A stretch of 64,000 bases of DNA, taken from positions 96,001 to 160,000 of the forward strand of contig JBILLK010000018.1 of assembly GCA_044376115.1 (NCBI GenBank), given 5' to 3'. This document shows positions 26,616 through 35,853 of this stretch, one piece after another; positions within the stretch are counted from its first letter, which is position 1; each line of letters starts with the position of its first letter. The notes beneath the pieces are model-generated. The model made no database searches. It had not been told where the DNA came from and saw only the letters and a program-made list of their open reading frames with translations. This DNA is from Polyangiaceae bacterium. GTDB lineage: Bacteria; Myxococcota_A; Polyangia; Polyangiales; Polyangiaceae. The position numbers and the translations under genes were made by a program.

Positions 26616-27317
26616 GTGAAAGTTCACGCGTCGGCGGCCGCTCATGCCTCGAGCGAGCTGCTCGTCAACGTCACCGGCGGCACCATCCCCGTGCAGCTAA
26701 GCCCACCTGCGCCGATCCTATTGATCCTGGCGCATGGTGCAGGCGGTACAGTCGAAGACCCACTACTCATAGGGCTTGCGCAGCGGCTTCCACCCCTCGG
26801 GGTGGCCGTCGCACGCGTCAGCTTTCTCTACCGAACCCAAGGGAAAAAGCTCCCCGACAAGCAGCCGGTGCTGGACCGAACCTTCCATGAACTGGCTTTG
26901 GCGCTGATGGAGCAGAGGCCTGCCGCGACCGTTGTTCTTGGAGGAAAATCCATGGGCGGAAGAGTCGCTGCACGCGTCGCGCAGGCGACTGGACTCGGCG
27001 CCGGCGTGTGTTTGTTGTCCTATCCGCTAAAGCCCAAAGCCCGCGTCACCGAGGCCAACCTGATGGACCGGCAACAAACCCTCGAACGACTCACCGTGCC
27101 CTGCTTCGTGGCGCAGGGAACCCGTGATCCTTTTGGGGGCCCGAGTGAAGTGAGCCCGCACCTGCAACAGGGCACCATCTTCCCCGTCGACCACGGCGAC
27201 CACGACCTGCGAGCCCCACGCCGCAGCGCCAAGAGCGATGAGCAACGGCTCGATGAGCTCAGCCATGCCATCGAGGAATGGATCGTCAGCCTCGAGCGGC
27301 TTGGTGCAGCTCGCTGA
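26616..27317 (+). CDS. Alpha/beta hydrolase (KANL3/Tex30-like)
   Basis: LAHGAG, GGKSMGGR, QGTRDPFG and GDH catalytic motifs; start uncertain. Confidence 0.85.
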   Translation: MKVHASAAAHASSELLVNVTGGTIPVQLSPPAPILLILAHGAGGTVEDPLLIGLAQRLPPLGVAVARVSFLYRTQGKKLPDKQPVLDRTFHELALALMEQRPAATVVLGGKSMGGRVAARVAQATGLGAGVCLLSYPLKPKARVTEANLMDRQQTLERLTVPCFVAQGTRDPFGGPSEVSPHLQQGTIFPVDHGDHDLRAPRRSAKSDEQRLDELSHAIEEWIVSLERLGAAR

Positions 27318-27348
27318 CTTCCAATCGACGGGCGCCCAGGGAATGACG

Positions 27349-27405
27349 TCCACTTCGTGGACTCTGTCCACTCCGGTTCTGTTCACTGCATCCACCTTCG
27401 GTGGA
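27349..27405 (+). repeat. Dispersed ~57-bp double-hairpin repeat, inverted copy of 22802-22857
   Basis: TCCACTTCGTGGACTCTGTCCACTCCGGT is identical in both copies, followed by CTGCATCC(A/G)CCTTCG. Confidence 0.85.
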
Positions 27406-27447
27406 ATTTCGCGGGCCACTCGCGCTCGGCGGGCGTACGATTTCGCC

Positions 27448-29577
27448 ATGCTTACCGTGCCGTACCGCTTGCCCAATCGCGGGCGCTTCTCGATCAACAC
27501 GCGTCTGCTCAGCTTGCTCTTGGCGCCGCTACTTTGGAGCTGCTCAGACTCCGACACCAAGCCGCCGGTACCACCTGCATGGGAGTGCCAACTCGAGTCG
27601 GGGAGCGACCCAGATTCGGCCAGCAAACTTGGCTGCCAGGCCGACTACGAGATCCTGGCTAGCGAGCCCGCAGATGCGAGTATTCCCGGCGCTACCTCCG
27701 TCAAGACGATCGTCGACCGGGCGGATGAAGAGGCGCTCTACTTTCAGAACTCAAAACGCTACTGCATCCATTGGGACTTTGCGTTTACCCACTTGAGCGG
27801 TGACGGACGGCCGATTGTACCGGAGCTCTCGCAGTTCAACTCGACAGAGTATTACAGCCCCGACCGTCGCTTCATCCTTGGCGCGCTATCGTATTATGAA
27901 GGCCCACAAAAGTGGGTTTACGAGATATCGCCTTATGACAACGCGGACGCTGAGCTTATCGCCACGGCGTTTCGCAAGATTCAAGCAAACGTTTGGGTGG
28001 GTGATGAGCTCTCCTTCCACCCAACGAGCGGCGCGGTCGAAGAGGTTGCCAAGCAGCTGCCGGCGGACATTCCGATCACGAGCACCGACGCGCTGTACGA
28101 GGGAGTTGACTACCAACCCCTCAATCCTGGCTTGAGTACCGGCATTCTTCGCTTCCGCAAGGCCAGTGAAGTGGACGGGACCTATACACCCTATCGCGAG
28201 ATCGTCGTGCTGGATGCCGTACCCAATGACATCTCGATTGTCTCGGGTTTGATTACGGCGCAATTCCAGACGCCGCTTGCACATATCAACGTGCTCTCGG
28301 TCAATCGCGGTACGCCCAACATGGCGCTGCGCAACGCGCTCGAGGACGCTGAGCTCAAGGCGCTCGAGGGCAAGTGGGTAGAGCTCAAGGTGGGCGCCTT
28401 CGACTGGTCGGTCAAGGAGATCACCGAGCAAGAGGCGGACGCTTGGTGGGAGTCCCACAAGCCGGAGCCGATCGAGGTGCAGCCGATGGACCTGTCCGTC
28501 GTCGATCTGCGGGAGACGAGCGAGATGCTCGATCTCGACGCGCTCGACCTACGCGACGCAATCTCGGAGGCCATTCCCGCCTTCGGTGCGAAAGCGACAA
28601 ACTACGGCGCGCTCGCGAATGCTCAGCTCGCTGGGGCCTTCGACAGTATCCCGGGTGACAACGGAGACGGGCCGGTTCAGCTCGGGTTCGGCGTGCCGAT
28701 GTACTTCTACGACCAGTTCATGACCGACAACGGACTCTATGACCGGCTCGACGAGATCATGGCTAACCCGCAATTCAGCGACCCTGTGTATCGCGCGCAG
28801 GCGCTAGAGGACTTCAAAGACGAATTGCGTTCCAAGCCGATGAGGCCCGAGGTGGTAGCGCAAGTGGTTGCTCGCGCAGCCGAGCTCTTCCCGGGAGAAA
28901 AGCTTCGCTTTCGCTCGAGCACCAACTCGGAGGACCTCGGGAAGTTCACCGGCGCTGGCCTTTACAACTCAGAGACAGGCGACCCAGCGATCTCCCCGAG
29001 CGGGGAGAAGGACTCGGTGGAGTGGGCCATGAAAAAGGTCTGGTCGCAGGTTTGGAATCCGCGCGCCTATGAAGAGCGGGACTACTACTCGATGGACCAT
29101 CTCAAGGTCGGGATGGCGCTCTTGGTCCACGCGAACTTCCCGAAGGAGGAGTCGCAAGGGGTGGCCATCACCAACAACCCATTCGACGCGAGCGGGCTCG
29201 AACCTGCGTTCTATGTGAATGGTCAGTTCGGTAACAATGACGTGGTCACGCCTGCCCCTGGCGTGACGGCCGACGCGTATCTCCACTACTTCTACAGCCC
29301 CGGACAACCCATCGTTTACCTCCAACACAGTAACTTGATCAAACCGGGCACGACCGTGCTCAGTGGAGAGCAAGCGAACGGACTCGGGGTCGCGCTCGAC
29401 GCGATCCACCTCTACTTCCAGAGCGCCTACGCAAAGGCTGGCGAGTTTTACGCACTGGAAGTGGATTGGAAGTTTGATGACAAGCTAACCCCGGGCACTC
29501 CTCGCCTGTTCATCAAACAGGCGAGGCCCTACCCCGGCTGGAAAACGGAGCCTTCAGCCGCCTGCGGAGCTCAATAG
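27448..29577 (+). CDS. PEP-synthase/PPDK-family nucleotide-binding-domain lipoprotein with an upstream phospho-His-like segment
   Basis: LLWSC lipobox; TPLAHINVLSVNRGTP; FGAKATN, FRSSTNSED...FTGAGLY.S, SQGVAIT, EVDWK, KQARP. Confidence 0.8.
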   Translation: MLTVPYRLPNRGRFSINTRLLSLLLAPLLWSCSDSDTKPPVPPAWECQLESGSDPDSASKLGCQADYEILASEPADASIPGATSVKTIVDRADEEALYFQNSKRYCIHWDFAFTHLSGDGRPIVPELSQFNSTEYYSPDRRFILGALSYYEGPQKWVYEISPYDNADAELIATAFRKIQANVWVGDELSFHPTSGAVEEVAKQLPADIPITSTDALYEGVDYQPLNPGLSTGILRFRKASEVDGTYTPYREIVVLDAVPNDISIVSGLITAQFQTPLAHINVLSVNRGTPNMALRNALEDAELKALEGKWVELKVGAFDWSVKEITEQEADAWWESHKPEPIEVQPMDLSVVDLRETSEMLDLDALDLRDAISEAIPAFGAKATNYGALANAQLAGAFDSIPGDNGDGPVQLGFGVPMYFYDQFMTDNGLYDRLDEIMANPQFSDPVYRAQALEDFKDELRSKPMRPEVVAQVVARAAELFPGEKLRFRSSTNSEDLGKFTGAGLYNSETGDPAISPSGEKDSVEWAMKKVWSQVWNPRAYEERDYYSMDHLKVGMALLVHANFPKEESQGVAITNNPFDASGLEPAFYVNGQFGNNDVVTPAPGVTADAYLHYFYSPGQPIVYLQHSNLIKPGTTVLSGEQANGLGVALDAIHLYFQSAYAKAGEFYALEVDWKFDDKLTPGTPRLFIKQARPYPGWKTEPSAACGAQ

Positions 29578-29582
29578 TTCAA

Positions 29583-30281
29583 TCACACGCCGAGTAGCCG
29601 CTTGACGTCCTCTTCGAACGTCGAGCGGATATGCTCGATCACGGCACCGCGAAGGCGAACCTTGGTGGCCGAAAAGGCGGTGCGCGATAGTTGTCCGAGC
29701 TTGCCCGCTGTCGCGAGCGCCGACGGAAGCACCTCAGCTGCGGTGACCACCTCATCCAAATAGCCGGCAGCACGCGCCTCGACTGGATTGTAGATTTGGC
29801 CGAGCAAAGTCGCTCGTGTGAGCTCTGTCGGTACGAGCCGGGCTCGTGCGAGCTCCATGGCCAGAATCGGCACCGGCATGCCAATGGCTACCTCATTGAG
29901 ACCGAGCTTGAAGGCGCCATCCGCACCGACTCGATGATCCGCGGTGAGCGCCACGAGCGCACCGCCGGCGAGCGCATGGCCGGTGCACGCAACGACCAAG
30001 GGCAAGGGCGTAGCGAAGAGCTTCAGCAGGAGATCGGCCCCTTGCTTGAGCAGCGCTTTGGCGGCCTCGGGCCCGCTCATCATCACGCGCAGGTCGAAGC
30101 CTGCGCAAAAGCGCTCGGGTCGACCGGCGAGGACGATCGCCGTGGCCTCCTGTTCTGCGCGATCGATTGCCGCCGTGAGCGCTTCAATCATCGGCACCGA
30201 GAGAGCGTTCGCTTTGCCGTCATCCATCTGAAGGAGGGCGACGGATTGATCGAGGGAGTAGGTCAGGGGGGATTCAGCCAC
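29583..30281 (-). CDS. Crotonase/enoyl-CoA hydratase family protein
   Basis: MDDGKANAL, FCAGFDL, GHALAGG, GLNEVAIG. Confidence 0.9.
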   Translation of the reverse strand: MAESPLTYSLDQSVALLQMDDGKANALSVPMIEALTAAIDRAEQEATAIVLAGRPERFCAGFDLRVMMSGPEAAKALLKQGADLLLKLFATPLPLVVACTGHALAGGALVALTADHRVGADGAFKLGLNEVAIGMPVPILAMELARARLVPTELTRATLLGQIYNPVEARAAGYLDEVVTAAEVLPSALATAGKLGQLSRTAFSATKVRLRGAVIEHIRSTFEEDVKRLLGV

Positions 30282-30376
30282 GCTGGGAGGCTACTCGCCA
30301 CGACTCGGGAAGCAAGCGATGTTCGCTTGCACCGGCGCCCGTGGACGCGCGGGACGAACGCGCTTAACCGACGCCA

Positions 30377-32209
30377 GTGAGTTCCGAAAAGTCTCCGTCC
30401 GAAGAGCGCCCGGTCGTTGAATCCGCCGCGAACGAAGGGCCCGAGAGCCTCGAACTGCCCGCCCTTCCGCCCCGCCGCACCGGCTTGTGGTTGGGCGTTA
30501 CTGCGCTCGTGCTGGGGCTCGCCGGCTTTGGAGCGTACACGCTCGCGACCCAACCCGACCCCCTGCGAGTCCTCGTCGCGATCGACATCGAGGGGCAAGC
30601 GTGGGACGGCTCGAGGCCTGCTGCGGCCGTCGCCGATAGCGTCGGCAAGGGGCTCGAGAAGATCGGCTTTGAGCCTGTGGATGGCGGTGACCCCAAAGTC
30701 GATAAGGTGCTTACGAGCGAGAAGGACCTGATTCGCGCAGCGCGCAAACTCGAGGCCGGCTTCGTCCTCTCCGGCACGCTCAGTCCCGAAGTGATCGAAC
30801 ACCCGATCGCCGGGGGTCTGTTCGAGGTGCGAACCAAGACGACGTTGACCGTGCGGAACACCAAGGAAGGCCGCGGCGTCGAGGTCCCGCTCGAAGTTTG
30901 GAGCTACGGAAGAACCAAAGAAGCCGCGCTCGAGTCGCTGGCTGAAACAGTCTCCGCGCGGGTGTTCGACGGAGCCGTGCCCGCCCTGCTCGATCACCCA
31001 GTCATCAAGGAAAAATTGAAGGGTGATATTGCCACCCAAGCTCGCCTCGCCTTGGCTGAAAAGTACGTAGCGGCTCGCGAGCGACAGCTCAAAGACGTCA
31101 AGCTTCAATATGAAAAGCTCGACCAAGAGCACGCGAGCTTTGCGACGAATCCCTTTCCGATTACCTATTACGGCAACTTTAGTGAAGACGTTCGGCTAGG
31201 CGGCGCGACGGACCGAGGCCCGGTGTTTCGCTCGGCAGACGTATCGCCGTTCGTTCGTCCAGGTGACGTGTCGCTCTCCTGGGCCTACCAATTAGAGACC
31301 CTCGCGGTGCGTGATAACGAGCGCAAAGATGCAGTCTTATGGCGGGGCTACCACATCCTGGAAACGCCCGGGGCTGCGCCAGAAGGCTTTCCCATCGTCT
31401 TCTCCGAGGACCTGCTCGGCTGGGCCAAGACGGTTACCGTGGTTGAGGAAGGAGGTGCTTCGCGCAGGCTCCTCGTCCACCCGGAGACTCGTTATTACAA
31501 CCCCAAGGTGAGTCCTGGCGGAGCCTATGCCGCCTTTCACGAAAAACCGTGCCGCAACTGCTCGCGTGAACTCGCTGTCATCGACCTCAAGAGTGGGCAG
31601 ACGCTGTACCGCAGAGTGTCTGGCGACAAGGGCCCGGATGAACGACTCGGGGGCTACGCCTGGCTCAGCAAGGATGAGCTCGCCTTCGTCGGCGACCCCC
31701 ACCCGACGATCACAGACGCACCGCCAGCGCATGAGGCCAAAGACAGCGCGGAGGAGCCACCCGCGATCGCCTTGGGCGAGCTGCGGATCGTCAAACTTTC
31801 GAGTTCACCGCCACTCGAGCGCCTCGTCTATTCAGCAGGGCGCAGCTGCTCCGAGCTAGCGGCCTCCACCGCAACAGGCCAAATCGCGATGACCTGCACC
31901 GGCCAAGACGGAGCGAGCAACCTGGTTTTGGTCGACGGCAAAACAGGCGAAGGCCGCGACAGCGGCTGGTCCGGCGATGGCCCCGAGTACTCGCGTGATG
32001 GGCAGCGCTTGGTGCTCGAGGTCCAGGGAGATCTGGCGCTGGTTGAATTGAAGAGCCAGACTTTTACCGCATTGACCCGGACGCCCTTCGAGGAGCGTGC
32101 ACCTCGCTTTTCACCCGACGGCAAACGTATCTACTTCGAGTCGCGAGCCCTCGACCCGATCGTTCCCAATAGGCGAGTGAGCGTCATCGGCTCGCTGGAG
32201 GTTCCGTGA
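30377..32209 (+). CDS. Membrane-anchored TolB-like beta-propeller (PD40) protein
   Basis: N-terminal TM; PKVSPGG, PEYSRDG and PRFSPDGKRIYF repeats. Confidence 0.7.
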   Translation: MSSEKSPSEERPVVESAANEGPESLELPALPPRRTGLWLGVTALVLGLAGFGAYTLATQPDPLRVLVAIDIEGQAWDGSRPAAAVADSVGKGLEKIGFEPVDGGDPKVDKVLTSEKDLIRAARKLEAGFVLSGTLSPEVIEHPIAGGLFEVRTKTTLTVRNTKEGRGVEVPLEVWSYGRTKEAALESLAETVSARVFDGAVPALLDHPVIKEKLKGDIATQARLALAEKYVAARERQLKDVKLQYEKLDQEHASFATNPFPITYYGNFSEDVRLGGATDRGPVFRSADVSPFVRPGDVSLSWAYQLETLAVRDNERKDAVLWRGYHILETPGAAPEGFPIVFSEDLLGWAKTVTVVEEGGASRRLLVHPETRYYNPKVSPGGAYAAFHEKPCRNCSRELAVIDLKSGQTLYRRVSGDKGPDERLGGYAWLSKDELAFVGDPHPTITDAPPAHEAKDSAEEPPAIALGELRIVKLSSSPPLERLVYSAGRSCSELAASTATGQIAMTCTGQDGASNLVLVDGKTGEGRDSGWSGDGPEYSRDGQRLVLEVQGDLALVELKSQTFTALTRTPFEERAPRFSPDGKRIYFESRALDPIVPNRRVSVIGSLEVP

Positions 32210-34404
32210 GCACGGATAACGAGTTGGATGATTTAGTCCCGGAGGCGCTGTTCTTCGGGGTCTCTGCAGCGCGTATGCGCAGCCGCGCTCGCTGGTGTGC
32301 GGTGCTGCTGCTCCTGACCTGCGTAGTACCGTTTGACGTGGTTGGGCGCACGCCCATCTTCCTGTGGTCGATCGCCTCGGAGCTGCACCTCTCGGCGCTG
32401 ATCGGCGCGCTTGCGCTGCCGCTCGCCGGCGCGGTGATTGGGCTCGGATCCTTCGTCACCAAACGCGGCGGGTCACTCGGTTTTTTGGTGTTAGCGAGCC
32501 TGTTGTCGGCCGTCCTATTGCGCGCCTTTGGTTTGGAGCGAGCAGCCTGGGATTCGAGCTCACTTCCGGACAGCCTCGCGGCCAAGCCTGCCTTTGCGCT
32601 CGTGAGCTTGGCGTTGGTGGCAGCCGCAGGAAACCTCTCCTTCCGCGCGGCGACGAAGAAGGTCGTGCCCTATGCGTTGGGCGCAGCGGCGCTCTCAGCG
32701 GCGATTTTTTACGCTTACCCAGAGCGAGGGGAGGCTCCGCTGATGACGGTGGTACGCGGCCTTGCCAGCCTGCCGGACCTACCCGACTTTCGCTATCAGT
32801 TGGGCACCATCATCCTGGTTTTTATTGCACTGTGGCCTTTGCTCATCTGCCTCGCGAGCTTCTTCCTATTGAAGTTGCCTTCGAGCAAAGATGAACCCGC
32901 CATCTCATTGCTCTCGACCTGGGGGCTCCCGCTGCTCCTTGCCTTTCTGGGCGTGCGCGCGCTCGGCGTCCCCGAAGCAGGCTTTGCGCTTTTGCTTCAT
33001 ACCGCGATGGTGCTCTCGGTCACGGCGGTGAGCGGCTTGCTTTCCTCGGCACTACTAGTCTGTTGCGAGACCTTCTTCGTTACGACGGGGGACAGCGCAC
33101 CCGCTTCGCGCAGGATGCCTACCGCGGTTGAGGAGGAGGCCGATGTATTCGGTAAACGGCAATCCGCCGCGACGGCGCAAGCTGCAGTAGGGCTCGCCCC
33201 GACGCGTGCTGCAGCCTTTGCTGGTGGAGCGGTGCTCATTATCGCCATCGCAGGGTTTGTGCTTTCACGTCCGCCCCAGAAAGGTACAGACTGGGAACTC
33301 AAGCCGACCACCGCAGCCTCGGACAAAGTGTTCGACGAGCTGCTGCTCGGTTGGATGATCGCCCGCCGCAACTGGGATTTTTCGACGCGCAACGACGCGG
33401 GCGGTGCGCAAGATCGCTTGCTGGTGAAGGAGCGCGGCAAGAAGCTGAGCCAAGCGGCCAAAGAGCTGGATAGTGCGTTAGGCGAGGCCGTACGAGCGCT
33501 GACCGAGGAGAGCGATGATCTCGATTTGGGCGGCCGCAAATGGGGACGCTTGGTCGAGGGGGTCAACGAGGCGAGCCGGAAAGCTGGCCTCCCCTACTTC
33601 CTCGATCCGGACGTGGTGACGCGCATCGAGAAGGACGATCTGCGGCAGAGCTTCGCCGTCTTTCCTTATCGCATCGAACGGGTGCAGCAATTCGACGTAG
33701 ACGGTCGCGCCTTTGCCACGCTTCGCGTCCACCGAATCGGCAATAGCCGGCAAGCGCACGGAAGGCTCGGCTACTCGCGCGATAGTTTGCCCTTCGCCTT
33801 GGTGATCCTCGAGGAGACGGAGCAACAAGGGGAGGTCTTCGCCTCGCTCGTACGCATGGGATACTGCACCGACGACATAGCGTTCAATCAAGAGCTGTAC
33901 GGCGGGCTCGACCGCTGCGGGAAGCTGTTCAAGGACTACGCTGGCTCCGACCCGACCAAGGTATCGACGGCCGTGCTCGAGGGGACCGAGCGTCACGAGC
34001 TACAACACCAAATCGACGGGCCCCACCTGCCGATGGCCCCGATCGTGATTGAGACGATGGGTGGCTACGCGAAGTCCTCGCAGGATCGCGTCAATCGTGA
34101 AGTGAGCGCCTTCCTGGCGGAGGCCACCGCCGCAGGCGCCGCACCGAAGGTCGCCCTGGTGCAGCTCGCGCAATACATGCTCGCACGCGATGACAACAAC
34201 GGGACGTACAGCAAGACCGCCGTCGCCTGCTTCGAGGCGCTTTCGAAGAAGAAGATCCGGCGCGGTAACCGCTTGGATGGCGATGCCTTCTGGAAGGTCT
34301 ACGAGGAGCTCTTCTTGCTCTCCGACGACGAGCTGCGACAAAGGGCGCGGATGGCTTGGAGCGAACAATTCGACGCAGAGCTTGTCGAGCCCAAGCCTCG
34401 CTAA
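32206..34404 (+). CDS. Polytopic membrane protein with a soluble C-terminal HExxH domain
   Basis: About 9 hydrophobic segments, then a soluble domain with RHELQH...E; GTGA overlap with the upstream gene. Confidence 0.7.
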   Translation: MSTDNELDDLVPEALFFGVSAARMRSRARWCAVLLLLTCVVPFDVVGRTPIFLWSIASELHLSALIGALALPLAGAVIGLGSFVTKRGGSLGFLVLASLLSAVLLRAFGLERAAWDSSSLPDSLAAKPAFALVSLALVAAAGNLSFRAATKKVVPYALGAAALSAAIFYAYPERGEAPLMTVVRGLASLPDLPDFRYQLGTIILVFIALWPLLICLASFFLLKLPSSKDEPAISLLSTWGLPLLLAFLGVRALGVPEAGFALLLHTAMVLSVTAVSGLLSSALLVCCETFFVTTGDSAPASRRMPTAVEEEADVFGKRQSAATAQAAVGLAPTRAAAFAGGAVLIIAIAGFVLSRPPQKGTDWELKPTTAASDKVFDELLLGWMIARRNWDFSTRNDAGGAQDRLLVKERGKKLSQAAKELDSALGEAVRALTEESDDLDLGGRKWGRLVEGVNEASRKAGLPYFLDPDVVTRIEKDDLRQSFAVFPYRIERVQQFDVDGRAFATLRVHRIGNSRQAHGRLGYSRDSLPFALVILEETEQQGEVFASLVRMGYCTDDIAFNQELYGGLDRCGKLFKDYAGSDPTKVSTAVLEGTERHELQHQIDGPHLPMAPIVIETMGGYAKSSQDRVNREVSAFLAEATAAGAAPKVALVQLAQYMLARDDNNGTYSKTAVACFEALSKKKIRRGNRLDGDAFWKVYEELFLLSDDELRQRARMAWSEQFDAELVEPKPR

Positions 34405-34432
34405 CGAGCGGGCTCTCGTCGCGCAGCCTGAT

Positions 34433-35179
34433 TCAATCAGCGATCGTGCGCGCAGTTTTGCTGAACGGGCTGGCCGGATACCGCAATAAAAAACGGCCGG
34501 CCGCCGCGCGTGCTTCTTCTCTACGGCCGGCTCCCAGGAGCGCTCGTATCGTGAGGATGTCGCGCTCTTCTTGCAGGCGCTTGGACGGAGCCGCACCCTC
34601 GCTCTGCAACGCACGGAGCGTGGCCGAGGGATCGACAGCAAGTTGTGCGCGGGCGTTTGCCAATAACTCGACCTCGGCGGCCAGTTGGCTCTTTTGCGGT
34701 GGCTTGACCGAAAGCTGAGCCTGCGGCGAGGCGGCTCGCAGCGACGCAACGGGGGCTGACGGAGCTGCAGCAGACGGCGCGGGGGCGGTCGATGGCTGCG
34801 GCAGGTTCGGCTTGACCTGCATCCGAGGCATTGGCGCTGCGCCCGGTAGCGCAGTAGCGGATAGAGCAATAGGCCGCTCGCATAGCACCAGGGGCGAGCG
34901 AGCGTCCTCGCTCGAGGGCCGCGGACCGATCCCGATGGCTAGGCTCGATAACACAGTAAAGCCGAGCAGCTTGGCCAGTAGGCTAGGAGCGAACGACAGC
35001 GACTTGAGCGTGACCGCACCGCTTTGGAGCTGGGCTTTTGCGAGCGCGCCGGTTGCAACGGCGCCAAGCGAGACCGTGGCGGCGGCAAACCTCGCGGCCC
35101 CGCGCTCGACGTCGACCGTGGGCGTGAGCGCGCGGATGGCGGCGAGATCCGACTCGATGGTTGAGACCACGCGGCTCAT
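34433..35179 (-). CDS. Putative anti-sigma factor (TM, Pro-rich linker, TPR-like C-terminus)
   Basis: ATGA-coupled to the ECF sigma; LAAEVELL..AR...EER....IRAL...GR..EA...FL.RYP.SP. Confidence 0.7.
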   Translation of the reverse strand: MSRVVSTIESDLAAIRALTPTVDVERGAARFAAATVSLGAVATGALAKAQLQSGAVTLKSLSFAPSLLAKLLGFTVLSSLAIGIGPRPSSEDARSPLVLCERPIALSATALPGAAPMPRMQVKPNLPQPSTAPAPSAAAPSAPVASLRAASPQAQLSVKPPQKSQLAAEVELLANARAQLAVDPSATLRALQSEGAAPSKRLQEERDILTIRALLGAGRREEARAAAGRFLLRYPASPFSKTARTIAD

Positions 35180-35787
35180 TGGGCGAGCTCCTTCTTGGTC
35201 AAGAGCGGTCGAGAAAGACTCAGCCGTTCACGAACGATCGTTAGCAGGCTGGGCTTGCTCGCAGGCGCGGCAAGGTTCGCCTCGTACGCGGCCCGGAACT
35301 GTTTGCGCGCGGTGTGGAGCCGCGAATACACAGTACCAACCGCAACGCCTTGAGCCTGTGCAACTTCCTCGGCGGAGGCCTGCTCGATTTCGATCATTAC
35401 GAACACGAGGCGAGACTCTTGGCTTAGTTGCTCGAGAGCGGCGGTCACCCGTTCGAGCTGCTGCCGTACGTCGGCGCGAGCCAAGGGATCGGCCCCCTGT
35501 GCCGAGACCTGTCCGAGCGCGGTTTCATCCTGGCATGTGGGTCTACGCCGCTTGGTTCTGCGCAGGTTGGAGGCCACGCGCAAGGCGATCTCGGCGAGCC
35601 AGGTCTTCTCGCAAGCGCGACCTCGGGTGAAACCGCCGCGACGGTGGGCCACCAGAAAGACCTCCTGCACCGCGTCCTCGAGATCGGCTGAAGGCACGCC
35701 AACACGGCCCAACATGCGAGCAACGAAGGGCGCCCAGGTGCGGAAAAGCTCCTCGGCCGTAAGCGGTTCTTCATTCAAGGGAGGCAC
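35176..35787 (-). CDS. ECF RNA polymerase sigma factor
   Basis: DLEDAVQEVFL...TWL (region 2) and EVA...GTVYSRLH.AR (region 4). Confidence 0.92.
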   Translation of the reverse strand: MPPLNEEPLTAEELFRTWAPFVARMLGRVGVPSADLEDAVQEVFLVAHRRGGFTRGRACEKTWLAEIALRVASNLRRTKRRRPTCQDETALGQVSAQGADPLARADVRQQLERVTAALEQLSQESRLVFVMIEIEQASAEEVAQAQGVAVGTVYSRLHTARKQFRAAYEANLAAPASKPSLLTIVRERLSLSRPLLTKKELAQ

Positions 35788-35853
35788 GGCTCAGTCAATG
35801 TCCGGCTGCGACGATTCCTTCGGACAAATCGCAAAGGAGCTCACTACGGCCGG

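Noticed and set aside
27238..27447. N-terminal extension of the dikinase-like ORF
   Set aside because: It overlaps the hydrolase 3' end and the intergenic repeat. The signal peptide follows ATG 27448.
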